Below the pieces are notes generated by a model. The model searched no databases and was not told where the DNA came from. It saw only the letters and a list, made by a program, of their open reading frames with translations. A DNA stretch of 64,000 bases from contig NC_045697.1 of assembly GCF_009834535.1 (NCBI RefSeq), forward strand, positions 80,788,001 to 80,852,000, read 5' to 3'. A program made the translations under genes and the position numbers. Positions 12,166 to 26,370 of this stretch are shown here, one piece after another; position 1 is the first letter of the stretch; each line of letters begins with the position of its first letter. Source of the stretch: Camelus ferus (lineage: Eukaryota).

Positions 12166-14020
12166 ACTCTTGGTGATGCACTTTGCAGACTGATCTAATG
12201 GAGCCTGTGAATGCAGGGTCATTTCAAAAAGATACTCTGGATCTATGTTGTTGATACAGTGATTAAAAGATCCTCTTCAGTGGCTTAAATCATAGTTTAA
12301 TTGTTTGAATATCAGCAAAATTTGGTGATACTTTCTTAGGGATTAACTCCTGGAGTTAAGTAACATTCTCAGTATTTGTCTAAAAATATTACCAATAAGA
12401 TATTGAGAGACTTTCATAATATAACAAAGTAGCCCAAATGAAAGTAATTTCCTATCTCTAATTGGCTTTGATATTAAATGTAAAAAGCTAACTCTGAAAG
12501 CATGCTCTTATATTACTCATATACTCTTTTAAACTGATTACAATGCCAATTAGGGACATAAATCTTTAATAAAATTGAAATATATTTCTTTTTAATGCTG
12601 AATTTAATACAAACATCGTATCTTTTACTTTGGGAATCTCCCCATTGCCTATAGAGTAAAACCTAGGTAGCATGGCCCAAGTAACATAAATGCAGCCTTA
12701 ACATGTCTTTTCAGACTCAACATTCTCATACTGGTCACCCTCCAAGCTACAATCACACAGAAGCACCTGTCACTTGCACAAAACACCGTGCTCATGATTT
12801 GAACATTCTAATACCATCAAATTAACATCCAAATGAATCCTCGTTGCTACTTTCTCAATCCCAAATATGGAGCTACAGAGAGGCCAGCATTTTGGAGTAA
12901 GATACTCTATGAGGAGGTCAAAGACGTCAGGGAAATATAACAGCTGGTGTTTGTGGTTTGCAAGAAGAGTGATTCACCTGGGCTGCAGAGCAGGGTTATT
13001 TGAGACCTTGAAGTGAGAAAAGGGATCCCAAGTTGACCAGATATAAATATTTATTTTCTTGCTCTTCTTTAGAAGGAAAGGTTCTTACTAGTGACTGATT
13101 AAACTCACCATAAAACACTTTATAAAAAGCTTTTTTCTTAAACAAGATTATCTGGTGCAGAGAAATCTCTAACAGAGATTAGGGGTAAAAAGATTTTTGG
13201 CATCTTTATTGTTAATTCCTAGAATTGCTATGTGACATGAGATTGGAAGCCTTAGAATCAGAAGATTTTATTTTATTTTCAGTGTTTATATGTGAGTTTC
13301 TTTTTCTTTTTTTTTGTCTTTTCTCCTCCTTTCCATTTCTTGAGGCTAAGAAAATTTCTTTGTTGAAAGTCAGGTCTTACTATAGCCAGAAATAAGGAGG
13401 GAGAAAGGACTTTATGATGCCTCAGGAATAAGTTCATAAAAAGAAGAAGAAAAGCAATGTTTGAGGACTAACATAGGGTAGAGGTCATTGCTTCAAATAT
13501 ACCTTCTAACATTATGGGAAATTAAGAAATGCCAACAGTTAGCAAGGGCTTTGGCTACCATAAGATTTGGGAACAAAGTTCATGGCAGAGGCCACATTAA
13601 TTCTCACTGAGGCACTGGAGGCAGAGATTATGAAGATTCAACAGCAAAAGCACAGAATTTTGGATTCTACATAGTGAAAACATCTGGCAATAAAATTAAT
13701 TATTTAATAGAATTTTCCCTTAAATGAGTTTGTTATGAATTCTGGACAACTAGTATTCCCAAACTGATATTCTGGATAATGTTAAACCAAGATTTTCTCT
13801 TTTATCTTTTCTCCATCCCTATTTTCCCGGAAAATATCACGTCTCTGCTCTGATCTTTGATGAGCATGTGATATATCAGTTCAATGAGGCTAAATCTTCA
13901 GTTTTTGTGTCTGTAACTCTTTGGAAGAGCGCATCTCTTTCTGCTGGAAATACTACCTTGAAGAATTTTGTAAACTTGAAGCTGCTGAGGGCCACCATGT
14001 TGAATGGCCTGCTTGTGAAT

Positions 14021-14387
14021 TGTTGACTTAAATAGACTGTCAGGTACTTCACTGGCAAATATGGCTTTATTCAGGATTATCATAGAATTGCAGTTCAAGG
14101 TCCACAACCATGGTAAGACATGTGCAAGTCTCCAGGCAAAGAAAGGAGAATGCTTTTGCAGAAAGAAAAAGGAAGCTGGGGGGACTAAAGTCAACAAAGG
14201 GTCCATGGCTTTTCATTGGTTGAGCCCTTGCCAGAAAAGAAAAAAGTCTTCTTCCTGTTAGGCTCTGTTATCCTCCCGGAGTGTGAGGGCTCCCGCTACT
14301 GGCCTCTCAACTCTAATTGAAGTTTCTGGGTTTTATTATTACTGTTATTGTTGTTGTTGTTATTATTATTATTATTATTATTTTACG
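14021..14387 (-). mobile_element. ERV1-type solo LTR containing a (GTT)n(ATT)n microsatellite
   Basis: TGTTG...TTTACG termini, minus-strand AATAAA (GCTTTATTC ~14065), CCAAT box (~14215) and a near-matching 4-bp flank GAAT/TAAT. Microsatellite at ~14335-14382. Confidence 0.6.
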
Positions 14388-15324
14388 TAATGAATCCTAC
14401 TTGGAAGAATTGAGAGCCCAGGAGATGGAAAAGGGAAGAGAGAGGCTTGATGACACAGTTTGAGCCCCTAGATCCAGAAGCATCATAGCTCATTCTGCCA
14501 TAAGCGACATTACATTTTGTATTTTTATATAAGTCAGTAGAGTTGAATTCCTGGCTAATACCATCATTTTGTTTGAAATAGCTTCTTTTAAGAACTTGCA
14601 TTTTTTTAATGATTTTTTTTTGTAGAGAACTAGTTTTGAGATAGTCTTTTAGTTTCTGTTAAACATTCAGATATTCAAAAAATGGGATAACATGAGATTT
14701 GGAATTTAATTAATCCAACCTCTCTCTCTGTCTCCATCTTTCCCCTCCCCCCATCTCTTTGTCTCATTTTTTTCCACCTCTAAGACACAACTGGACATAT
14801 TGCTCCCAATACTAATATTTAAGAGTAATGCAGCAGTTCCCTCAAGCTTTAAGCTTAGACTCTGTGTGTATTCTATGTATCAACTAATCCTTTACCAGAA
14901 ATCTGCATTGATTCCTGTTCAGGTATGAAGTTAAAGACCATTTGATCTCTATTCAGCTTGTGTTCTTTGTGTATAACTACTTGGAAACCAAGTAAGATTG
15001 AGCGTGAGTGATTTGGCAGGGCAGCATTTGGGCTCTTTATGTTGTTCAGAGTTAATGCCATCAAATGGTATGAAAACATCACTTGATTTCTGTTATTAAC
15101 TTGCCTTACATTAATCAGGACTTTATTACACATTTACAACATGTGAGCAGTTGCATTCATTGATCATCAGACTATGGGCCCTAGCTGAATACATAAAATA
15201 TCCTAAAGTAGTTCTTACACTTGAGTATATGAATATTTTTAAATGACACAGTGAGTGGGTTCCTTGATTATTTTCATTTGTCTTGCATCTATGCCTTATT
15301 TGTTAATGCAAATCACAAATGCAC

Positions 15325-15500
15325 CTTTTTGGTGAGGGTCAGGTTTATTGATGTCCACTTTAAATATATTAAAATCCATTCTTCTAGTGTAGAGTTCTAT
15401 GAATTTTAAACAATTCTTACAGTCATTATCACCACAATCGACCATTATCACCACAATCAACATAAACATCACTTCTATCTCCACAAAGTATTACCTTGTG
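15325..15500 (-). mobile_element. L1MB-like 3' end fragment
   Basis: GGTTTATTGATGTCCACTTTAAATAT...ACCACAATCAACATAAACATCACTTCTATCTCCACAAAG. Confidence 0.75.
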
Positions 15501-15796
15501 CATAATAAATACATCTTTTTAAGAAGGTTTTTTTTTGTTTTTTCCTATTTCATTGTCTAATGCTCAGAGAGAGGGCTGTCTATTGATGGCTCAAAGAGAA
15601 CAGTTTATCTATAACAGGGCAGAGATAAGTAATGCTGGCTGGAAAAGTAAACCAGATAATTACAGCCTTTGAAGTTTGGGCTTCTTGAATCTGCATGTAG
15701 AACCTGGGTTTCAAACACTTTAGATTGTATGTGGTTAATCAAAGACAAAGTTGTCCTGACAAATGAAATGTACTACATTACTAAGGCATAAAGTTG

Positions 15797-16315
15797 GTGC
15801 CCATTAGTCAAAGACCACCAAAGAACACATCTGAAGTCAAACAAACGGGTTTAATGGTATTTGTTGCAGACACCTTGTACCATGGGGAATGGGGGAACCT
15901 CAGTAAGAAGGTAGTAGAAGGAACTCATTATAGGATTTGAGCTTGTGATAGATAATTTGGCGGAGGGTTCAAGGAAGCTGTCAGAAAGAAGGAATAATTC
16001 TATGATTGAATATCAATAAATTTTATCTCGGAAGCTAGAAGAGTGAGGCTAAAGCCGTAATTGGTTTAACGTTTAAAAAGTCACAGTCACTCATGTCAGC
16101 TGGGAGAAGGAGGTGTTTGGTCTTTTTGGTGTTTTCATACTGATCTAGTGTATATCTGTGCTCAAACATGATTTAGAACTAGTACTGGTTTTGTCACAAT
16201 TCACCATGGTCACAGAGTAGCCTTCTCTGATGTTGGTTGTGGGATTATGTTCAACAGAAGAACATCATGGCCTCAGTGTGAGTACCGGGTCAGTTCTGGG
16301 TATGCTCTTTCTAAG
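15797..16315 (-). mobile_element. MER67-like ERV1 LTR
   Basis: AAAGACCACCAAAGAACACATCTG...CCATGGGGAATGGGGGAACCTCAGTAAGAAGG...ATAGGATTTGAGCTTGTG resembles the MER67 family as I recall it. Confidence 0.6.
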
Positions 16316-16369
16316 TCAGCTCTTGCTGTTAAAACAAAATCCTGCAAACTGGCGGTTTATAAACAAGGT

Positions 16370-16468
16370 TAATACCTCTCAAAGACCTCACTTCCAAATA
16401 CCATCATATTGGGACTAGAGCTTCAACATATGAATTTTTGAGGGACTCAAGCATTCAATCCATTTTAC
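16370..16468 (-). mobile_element. MLT1 LTR fragment
   Basis: CCTCACTTCCAAATACCATCATATTGGGACTAGAGCTTCAACATATGAATTTTTGAGGGAC...ATTCAATCCAT. Confidence 0.75.
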
Positions 16469-19144
16469 CTTCCTTCAAAGGATGGAGTATAACAAGAATA
16501 GAAATAAGAATAATTACTACTTCTTTCTAAGAAAAATGCTAGAGTTTGCTCTTTCTTCAGCTAAAGGTATGAGAAAGTAAATGTCTTGCTTCAGAATGAG
16601 AAAAGGGCTATCATGATTTCAAGTTAACCAAGTATTCAACAGCCCTTTCCTTCAGAAAGCAAAATTCCTCCAGTTCTGAACCAATACCCTTACATTCACC
16701 CTTTTCTGTTCCTTAAACCAGGCAACGTTCACAAGAAATAAGACGCTGTCTTAGAAAAATAATAGATAACAGAGCTCTTCTGCAAAATGTAAACTACTCT
16801 GTCCCATTAAGGAAATGTGAACTCAGTAATGTGATATACAAATACCCCAGAATCTTTGTGGAACTTAAAATGTTGCAGTTTATTTTTTTAAATCTAACTT
16901 GTCCATTTATGTATGGGAAAATTGGGAAACTTCAATGGTGAAATCATTTTCACCACAAACAGTATGATTTACAATGCTTTCTGCTTTTTGTACTAGTTGA
17001 AGACAAGCTCATGAATCAATGTAGATCAAGATTTTTATTTAGCTTAAGGTTTTTGCTGTCTGAATTCCATTTATCAGGCTGATACTTGGAAAGTGTTCTA
17101 AAAACTTTCATTTCAGTTTTTAAAACCTTTAACTAAAAATTTGAGAATGATAAAAAATAAAATAGCATTTTCCTGTATTTGGTTGAGCTGAATAATGAAC
17201 TATTATTTGTTACTTAAAACTGATTTTAAGATTTCCACCGCAATCTCTTTATTTTAACAGCTTTTAACCAAGGTCACATTCAGGTTGCTCAAATCCATTA
17301 TGGTATACCAGAATAAATGGTTCTTCCACTGAAAATTTATTTAAACATCCATCTGGGATTTTAGTCCTTCAATCTTAAAAAAAAAAAAAAGTGAATGAAA
17401 TATTCTTTGCTCTTGTATGCAAAAGCAATACAAAGGATTCCTTAGACAATTGTCTATTCAGTAATAAAATTTGGAAAATTCTGCCGACCATCATGTAATA
17501 ATTTCAGTGTGTTAAAATTTTTTCATTTTAGTTAAGCTCTTTGCATGTGTAGCAGCTGGAATGGTTATCTGATTCGTAGTAACCTGCTGAACTCACAGTG
17601 TCCAGATTCTGCAGGTGCAGAAAAACATGTAATTCTTATATGAAAAATGAGCCCCTCAGGCTCTTAGAGAGTCTGTGCTTTGTCTAAAACAATTCATTTC
17701 TTTTATGTTTGGTGTAATTTTTCATTTTATTACATTGTAGGGTTTTTTTCCCCAATAGGAACACTAAATCCTGAATAAAGTTATTGAGTTTTAAGTTGCC
17801 TGAGGGAAGAGACTGCATCTAATATCTGCTAGTTTACTAGAGGTCCAAGAACAGAACTATTCACTGAAAGATCCTCAAAATATATTCCTTGACTTACTGA
17901 AAGGTAGTCTGGGCTATTGTTTGAATTATATTTTTATTTCTACATTTGTATTGAACAAATTCAAATGACTGTGTGTGAAATCCTGCCTTACTGAGCTTCA
18001 GATATTTTCCTGATTTAGTTGTGATTTTATCTCCTCATTCTCTTCATGATTAACTACGGAAAAGTTTAAACTAGGCTCCTGTCCAGTCCTTCCTCAGGAC
18101 CACAGTTGAGTGCTATTAACTTGGTCACTTGCAGCTGCAGTTATAAAGCTACGCTGTCTCTGGAATCTCAGATAACACAATTAAAGAAAAATTTAACAAC
18201 CCTAAAAGTTATCATAATTTACAGGGAAAACAATAGATCCAAGGGGAAGATAAACTTTTCTATTAGATTTTAGGGAAAGATTTAAAATGTGATCTAATTC
18301 TCTCAGATAAATTATGTTGCTTATTGAACAAAGATCTTCATTACTGTTAACCTATTTTCCTTGAATATGCAAAAAGCATTATCATTACAGGCTGCTTGAA
18401 ATAATCAAGGGTTTTTCATTGGTAAAGAAAGATACTACTATAATATTAACATTACATTTTTAATAATGCAAAGTATGTATCACAGGGACATAGTTTCTCA
18501 TAAGTAGTATTATTAGAGGCCAAAATGATAGAGGAAGCAGGGATATACACACCAGTATATAATACAAGGGACTTAAATATTAAAATATGAACTGTACTAA
18601 TGAGAAAAATCAAATGTATCAGAAAATATGTACAGAGTATCAGAGAGAGTGAAATATTCACAATTACCAATATAGGAAAGACTATATAAAGGATAAACAG
18701 AAGAGATAAAGTGGCTGGACTGGCAGGGATCGATAGGTTAGTTCTTCACTAGTGCAGAACAGACACTAAAAAGGATGTTCTGTCCTTATCAGCCACTTGG
18801 AGTAGACTTCCATCAGCTGCAGGCCAGCCAGTTCCTGATTTATGTTTCTGGTGTAATGGGAAGCAGGTTTCCTGCTTGTACACCTCCCTATACCTGGGGC
18901 TACTAGGCCTTCACCTACATACAGTCTTAGCTCTAACCCAACCTAGTGGATAATTTTGGCTCAAGGGCATAAAAATAATACAAAGATCCATGGATTCATA
19001 GCTTGCAGTTCAGCATCAAATTGGCTCTAATACTTTATTGCTAGAAACCTACTCGTCTTGCATCCTATTCTGTTCAGCATCTCTTTGCCGTGTTCTTTGT
19101 GGCTTGGCTTAGCCTTATAACCTCATCCCCTGATTGGTTTTTGT

Positions 19145-20100
19145 GTCAGTCTTCACAAAATTAACTTTCAGCTGAAAGTAACAGAAAACCCAATGCACAC
19201 TATTTAAATAGTAATGACGATTTATTTGTTCCCATTACTGGAAGATTCAAGATAGTTTGAGTTTCAGGGATTGTTTGATTCAGCAGCTCAAATGTGTCAT
19301 CAGAGACCTGCTTGCTTTTCCACTTCTACTCTGTCTTCCTTGCCTCAGCTTAATTCTAAGGCAAATAGTTTAGTTTGCCACTGCAATAGGTAAGTCCTGA
19401 ATTCTTAGAGACTTTACACAGTAGAGATTAACTTCCTGGTCATATCATCAGCTGATACGAATGTTTGCGATTGATCAGCCTTCTGTGTTGTTATTTAGGG
19501 ACCCAGGTTCCTCCCAATGTGTGGTTCCACTCTCTTCTGAGTCCTCAGAGTTTTCTACAGTTGGGCAAAAGAGAGCATGGGGGAGCATACCTCCTTATTA
19601 CCACTTTGCTCAGAAGTGACACAAACATTTCAGTTTACACTGCGGGCACCAGAATTTAGTCACTTGGATATAGGGTATCCCTAAGTGCATAGGGCACAGA
19701 AACTCTCATAGCCCCAGGGAGGAAAAGAAAACTGGTTTTGGTGATCATATAGCATTCTTTGCTATGATGGACTTCCCAACAGAAAGGAAAAATGGCTGTA
19801 GCATTTCTGGGATTAAGTCTCATACCACATCATTCCAAACTGTAGAGTGGACCAGTTTTTGGCAACAAATCGAATGAGAATGAGAAAACCTCTTTCCCCA
19901 AACCCCCAGCGTGTCTTCATTTGCCTCTTATTAGCACAGAGAGACTCTTAAGTCAATTACTGAGCCAGACCCTTACACTAGGTCAGGAAAGTATCATGTA
20001 TTGCTTCGTATTCACCAAACAACGTAAAAGGAAATGGACCACTTTTAGCCAGTCAGCCCTTCTCCTGGAACTAGGAGTGGGTCAACTTCATGTGAAGAAC
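19145..20100 (-). mobile_element. Nested, very old MaLR LTR remnants (MLT1J/K/L-like)
   Basis: GTAACAGAAAACCCAA, CAGAAGTGACACAAACATTTC and CCAGGGAGGAAAAGAAAACTGGTTTTGGTGA motifs. Confidence 0.45.
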
Positions 20101-20679
20101 ATGGACTTTGTGCAGAAAGATACATTCTTATATTGTGTTATTGGTGGTAAAGGGGAAGGAAGAATCTATATTGGCGTGTCCTCTACAATGCGTAAGTCTC
20201 TGTCTCTCTCTAGGATGGATTTGCCCAATCCTGCACCTTTGTGCATAACCAGTTCTTGAGAGACTTTAAATCAATCCCCAAGATTCCAATGTAAGTGATT
20301 ACTGTGTCTAAATTTCAGTGTGCCTTCTACTTCACATTCTTTCAATGCTATGCTCTACTGCCTGGGGAAATGTCTGCCTGTTTTCTGCCAAAAGCATCTT
20401 TACCCCAAGATCTAACCTCCCTTACTCTGCAAAGCCAGTTTATTGGCTTTCTTGATTGATAGATCATTTCTGGCTTTAATCCTTGCTGTCCCCAGTCTGG
20501 TCTGTCAGATCACAATCTAGACTCCAGTACTGACATTTCAAGGGAGCCAGGATGAAGATTGATAACTTTGTCTCATGACTTAAATAACTGAGATCTGATA
20601 ATCTCCAATTTGATAGGGAATAAGTAGAAAACAAGAGAAAAGAAGGTAGGAAGAGGATTTGAGGGACTGCTAAGTAACT

Positions 20680-20910
20680 ACAGTACTTGTGATTATTTTT
20701 GAGCTCTTACAGATTGTGGAATAGGCAACTACGTAAAACCTTATTTTATTAAATTTTCATAACAGCCCTGTGTGATAGATACTCTGCCTTTGTTATTTTA
20801 CAGATGAGGAAATGGAAGCTTGGAGTGGCTAAATGTCCTTCCCGATGTACATCTCAACATAAGTAGGCACTGAGTGATCTGGCAACATCTAAACCCAGAC
20901 TGTGACTGTG
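20680..20910 (-). mobile_element. MIR SINE
   Basis: TTCATAACAGCCCTGTGTGATAG...ATTTTACAGATGAGGAAATGGAAGCT. Confidence 0.75.
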
Positions 20911-21689
20911 ACAAAAGACAAAAAAAAAGGTAAATTGGGACTCTAAAAACAAAATGTACCAACTTCCCACTTTCGTCTATAACTGGACTTTTTTACCTTT
21001 ACTAAATCAAAACTCTGTTTATTCATTTACTATTTTGAGATACCTAACATTGCAAGGTACTGTGCTAAGACGTGTGAATGGATGGAAAGATGAATTATAC
21101 CTAGGGTGGCCTGAAGAAACTTCTTATCTCATATAGGAAAAAATATATTAAATGTGATATTAATATATTTAAAACACACTAAATTAAATAGATGAAATAG
21201 ATATTAAATATGCAAACATTAAAATATGTCATGTGTACGTCAGAGGATTGGTGGCTCACTTACAGTAAATGAGAGGTGTGGGAACAAAGCATTGGGCATA
21301 AGCTGCTTTTCTAAGAATCTTTGAAAAGAAGAGAATAGACCTGGGTGGTAAAGGGTCAAGGAAGAGTTATTATATTATTTTATTTTACAATTTAAGAAAA
21401 TTGAATAAATGTAAGTTCAGATGAAAGAGTGAGGAAAGAAAGAGCCTGAAGATTAAACAGATAAGGAGGAAAAAATATCAGTCACTTTTTGTTCCATAGA
21501 TTTATGGAACAAAGGAAACTAGTTATTGGTTTCTAAACAGTACCTTCTTGCCTGTGTTTTTCTTTGGCTGTTTATATTAATCTCCCTTGAGTCTGGGCTC
21601 AGATTGTTGCATGAATTGAAATCCTCAGGTCTTGCTACAGCACCATCATCACTGTGTCTGTATCTGTGTGACGTCCTGCTCTTATTTTA

Positions 21690-24600
21690 ATGACTTACAT
21701 TTCTATTTCCTCTGACCTCACGCCCCCGTTCCCAGTTCCCTCATCTCCAGCCCTCCAAAGGCAACTATTTTAATCAACTTAATGTGTTTACTTTTGTTTC
21801 ATCGTGTTGATGCAAAATTTGGGTGTATTTTGTGTAAATTATGAGAATGGTGTTGTTTCACATATTTCCTTTTTTCTTCTGTTGTCTTTATCTCTTATTT
21901 TCCGCTCAGCATCATTTCTTTAAAGTCAGCCATGCATGTGGCTATGTGTCTTCATTGCTCTGTCTCCTGCATGAGACTCCATGGGGTGTATTCCTTCCGC
22001 TTTACCTTCAACTTCCCTAGTGATGAGACCAGAGTGCCTCCAATTCTTCATCTCCACAAACAGTGCTGCAAAGAATGACCTCTAATGTGTCACCTATGGC
22101 TCAAAATGAGAACTTCCTTAAGATGACAAATACAGAGAAAAGTTACTGATTTCCTCAAAAAAGTCTACTAGGATTTCAACTTAGAAAACATTGACTATAT
22201 AAATTAATTTATGAATAGTTGACATTTTTTATAATACTAACTCATCTCATCCAAGGACATAAAAGCCTCTAAATTAAAACTTTTCTCTATGATGTCTTAC
22301 ATATGTTTGACTTGGATGATTCTTAAGATACTTCTTAGTTTTTCTATTTTATGTTATTTGTACATGTAGTGCCTTATTTTTAAATTATTTTTTCAGTGAT
22401 TATGCTGATATCAAAACATTTATATCCAGAAAATTTGTTGAGCTCTTGCTTCTTCAAATAATCTATTTATTCTGTTGTTTTTTTCCTGGTAGATAATCAT
22501 ATAATCTGTAAATAAGAAATTATCTTCTTTCCTTCTAATACTTAAACTTCTTCTTTCTTTTTCTTTCATTATGGCTTGTACCTAGAATTCCAGTTTTATG
22601 TTGAATTAAGGCAGTGACAATAGCCTTTTTTCTACAGCTCCTGAATTTAAAAGGAGTGCACCATTTATTTCCTCTATTGTGTTTAACATTTGCCATAGGT
22701 GTTATGGTATAAAAATTTTGTAAGTTAAAAAAGTATCCTTCTCTTCCTGGTTACCAAGAATTTTCATCATAAATATCAAATGTATTTTTTATATTCATTG
22801 AGCTATTCATTAGTTTTATTATTTAGACCAAGAATTGACAAACTTTTTCTGCAAAGGACCAGATGGTAAATATTTTAGATTGCAGACCACATACAGTTTC
22901 TGTCACATATTTGTTGTGTTGTTTATTTGATTGTTTAGAATCCTTTAAAAATGTAAAAACCATTCTCAATGATCATATAAAAACAAGCTGGATTTGACCC
23001 ATGGGCTGCAGTTTATCAATCCCTACTTTAGATTATTAGTGTGGTAAGTTATAGGGACAAACTGTCTAATGTTGAAAATCCTTGAATATTGAAATTAACA
23101 TTACTTGATCATGTTAAAGTATTTTTAAAATAACATTTTGGATTTGATGACCTATTACTACATTTTGTTCTAGGTTCATAGTGTAATAGACCTAAAATTA
23201 TATTTTATTGTATTATTTATGTAACTTTGAATCAATATTCACAAATGTAATATTAGATGGGACCATATGAAATCACTACCAATAAAATGAGCTGTATAGC
23301 TTTCATGGTTTTTAATTTTCCAAAACTTTTATAAGACAGTAATTAAGTAGTTATCTACAGCTTGGCTGAATTAATTTATAAACCAAATGGGTCTAATTTT
23401 TCCTAAAAGGGGAATATTTTTTATGAACATTGCAGTTGTTTACTACATACTGTCTATTTGAATTCCATACTTTTCTTGACCTAATTTTTGATATTATTTA
23501 TTTTTCTAGAAATTTATTCATGTGATCAAGTTTTTAGATTTGTTGGTGAATAGTGATTTTAATTGTCCTTTGCTTTACTTTTAATCTTTGTGTCTCAGTA
23601 GTAGTTTTGTATATTCATTATGCATTTTGTTTATTTGCATCTTTTCCCTTTTTACCTCCTCTCTTTTTTCTCTCTCTTAATCAAATTTGCCAGCCTTAAT
23701 CTTTTTAATTAATGTTATTTTGAATTTGTTAATACTCTATTCATTCTTTATTTTGTTTGTTTCTGCCCTTGTCTTTACTTCCTACCTTCTTTGAGTTAAA
23801 TTTCTTGTTCTGTTTCTAGCTTCTTGAGTTGACTATTGAGTTTATTAGTCTTTCTTAACTCCTGATAAAAGTATGTAAAGCTATCAATATTCCTCCAAGT
23901 ATGACTTTAGCTGTTCCAAACTAATGCTGCTATATATATAGTTATATATATATAACTATTATGTTATGCAATATATTAACATATAATATAAATATATAAC
24001 TATTGTGTATCTATACCTATATCCAAGTATTTATATATCTATCTTATTACTAAGTTGTAACTATCTTTACATTTTCTTATAATTTTCTTGTTTGCCAAAG
24101 ATTATTTAGAAATATGTTATTTAATTTAAAAACATATGAGTTTTTCTTAGCTGTTCTTTTTTATTTCTAATTTCAGTTCATTTTGGTAGAAGAAAAAAAT
24201 ACTAATCCTTTGGAATTTAGTCACTTATGACCTAATACGTAATCTGTTATTTTAATGTTCTATATGTTCTGGAAAAGAATCTGTATTTAATGTCTGTTGA
24301 GTAAAGCAGGATAGATGGATATACCAGCTCAAGATTTTTCATTGTATTCTTCAAGTCTTCAATATTTATGTTTGTTTTTGTTTTACCTGTTCTATCAATT
24401 TCTATGAAACAAACAACTATAATTGGTGGTTTATATATGCCTTTTTGCCATTTAGTTGTAGCTTTGAGCTATTTGGAGTCCATACAATTAGATGGAGATC
24501 TGTTTATGATAGATATATCATCTTGCCCTATTGTATTTTTATAAGAATAATACACTTATCATATCTTTTTACATTAAAATCTGTTTTATCAGATATTGAT

Positions 24601-24790
24601 ATTGTTTCCCCAGTTTTCTTCTTAGTTTTATTTACCATGTATATATATAGGTATATATCTATATATATCTATATATCTCCATCCTTTTATTTTCACCCTG
24701 TTTGGTGTTTTTCAGTAGATTTCTTATAGAGAACACATTAGTGCATTCTGTTTCTGAATGCAATCTGATAGTCTCACATTACCATATTTG
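21690..24790 (-). mobile_element. Old L1 (L1ME-like), highly degraded
   Basis: Long T-rich tract with antisense L1 3' UTR/ORF2 motifs (GGTAGATAATCATATAATCTGTAAATAAG, CTAGCTTCTTGAGTTGA, AAAATCTGTTTTATCAGATATT). Confidence 0.75.
22826..23030 (+). mobile_element. MER58-like hAT-Charlie MITE nested in L1
   Basis: ACAAACTTTTTCTGCAAAGGACCAGATGGTAAATATTTTAG ... AAAAATGTAAAAACCATTCT ... GGATTTGACCCATGGGCTGCAGTTT. Confidence 0.85.
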
Positions 24791-25194
24791 ATTTTTGCTC
24801 AGTATCAGGCAGATTTTCTGATCACAGTTTCATCACAAGTAAACCCTTACGAAGAAATAAACTACAACTCTGAGGTGTGGAAATGGAAGTAGGAAAGGAG
24901 CAAATGCATAGACATGTTTCCATCACCTCAGCAGGGATTTTTCCCTCCCTGGTTGTTCCATCAGAATCAACGTCAGCAGTCTGGGGTGTTGCTGCCAATT
25001 TCCAGTAATAAAGAGCAAGCAACAATTATCCAAAGATAACAGGGGAAAATAAAAAGCAAAATTTTATAAAGATTTTCCTTAAATTTTTTTCTCACCATTA
25101 CTGTCAGTGGCCTCTTGTGCCAATTTTCAACCATTTATCATCCAAATGCATACCAATGTAGGAATTATGCTTTTACTGCTGGATATAAAAAAAA

Positions 25195-26332
25195 TTGTCT
25201 AGTCCCAGGTCACAAATATTTCCTATGTGTTCTTCTAGAAATTTTATAGAAAAAAATTCACATGTTGGTCAATGATACATCTTGAGTAAATTTTTGTATG
25301 TTGTAAGGTATGGATCAAAGTTCATATTTTTGCATGGCTAACCAATTGTCCTAGCACCATTCATTGAAAAGGCTATTCTTTCCCCTTGTCACCTTTGTGA
25401 AAAATAAATTGACCAAAAAAAAAAAAAAAATCAAATGGCCATATACTTGTAGGTCTACTTCTGAAATTTCATTTTGGTTCCATTGATTTATTTATGTATC
25501 TCCCATGCCAATAGCACACAGACTTAACTGCTGTTACCTTATAAAAATTTTGAAGTTAGCTTTTAAGTCTAAACATTTGTTCTTTTTCAAAAATAATTAT
25601 GGATTTTATAGATAAGATTCATTTGTATGAATTTTACAATCAGCATATGAATTTATACAAAAAGATAATCAGATTTTTTTGATGGTGGGCAGAGAATGAA
25701 ATTATAGACTCAATGGTGGGAGAAACTGAAATCTTAATAATACTGAGCTTTCCATTTATGAACACAGTACATTTCTCCATTTATTCAGTTTTTTTAAAAC
25801 TCTGTTACAGTAATGTTTCAATGGTATTCATTTGACAGATCTTACATATTTTTTGACAAGTTTATCCCCCAAAATTTCATAATTGGATGCTATTTTAAAT
25901 GGTATCTTAAATTTCAATTTCAGATTGCTTGTTGTTAGTATATGGAAAAACAACTGATTTCTTTATGTTGGTCTTGTAGTATGCAACCTTGCTTAACTCC
26001 CTATTTTTTTAAACTCCCTATTATTTTTATAAATTCTTTACTGTTTTCTACATACACAGATGGTCTATAAATATAGTTGTACTTATTTACTTATAATCTG
26101 AATACTTTCATATATTTTTGTTGCCTATTGCACTGAATAGTATCTCCAGTCAATGTTGAATAGAAATCATAAGAGTGGATATTTTTGCCTTGTTCCTGAC
26201 ATCTGGGGGGAAAGTATTCAATCTTTCCTCATTAAGATCAAGGAAGTTCCTTCTATTTCCCATTTGCTGATAAATTTGTCAAACACTTTTTTCTGCATCT
26301 AATGAGATAATCATATATATGTGTGTGTGTGC

Positions 26333-26370
<38 letters not shown>
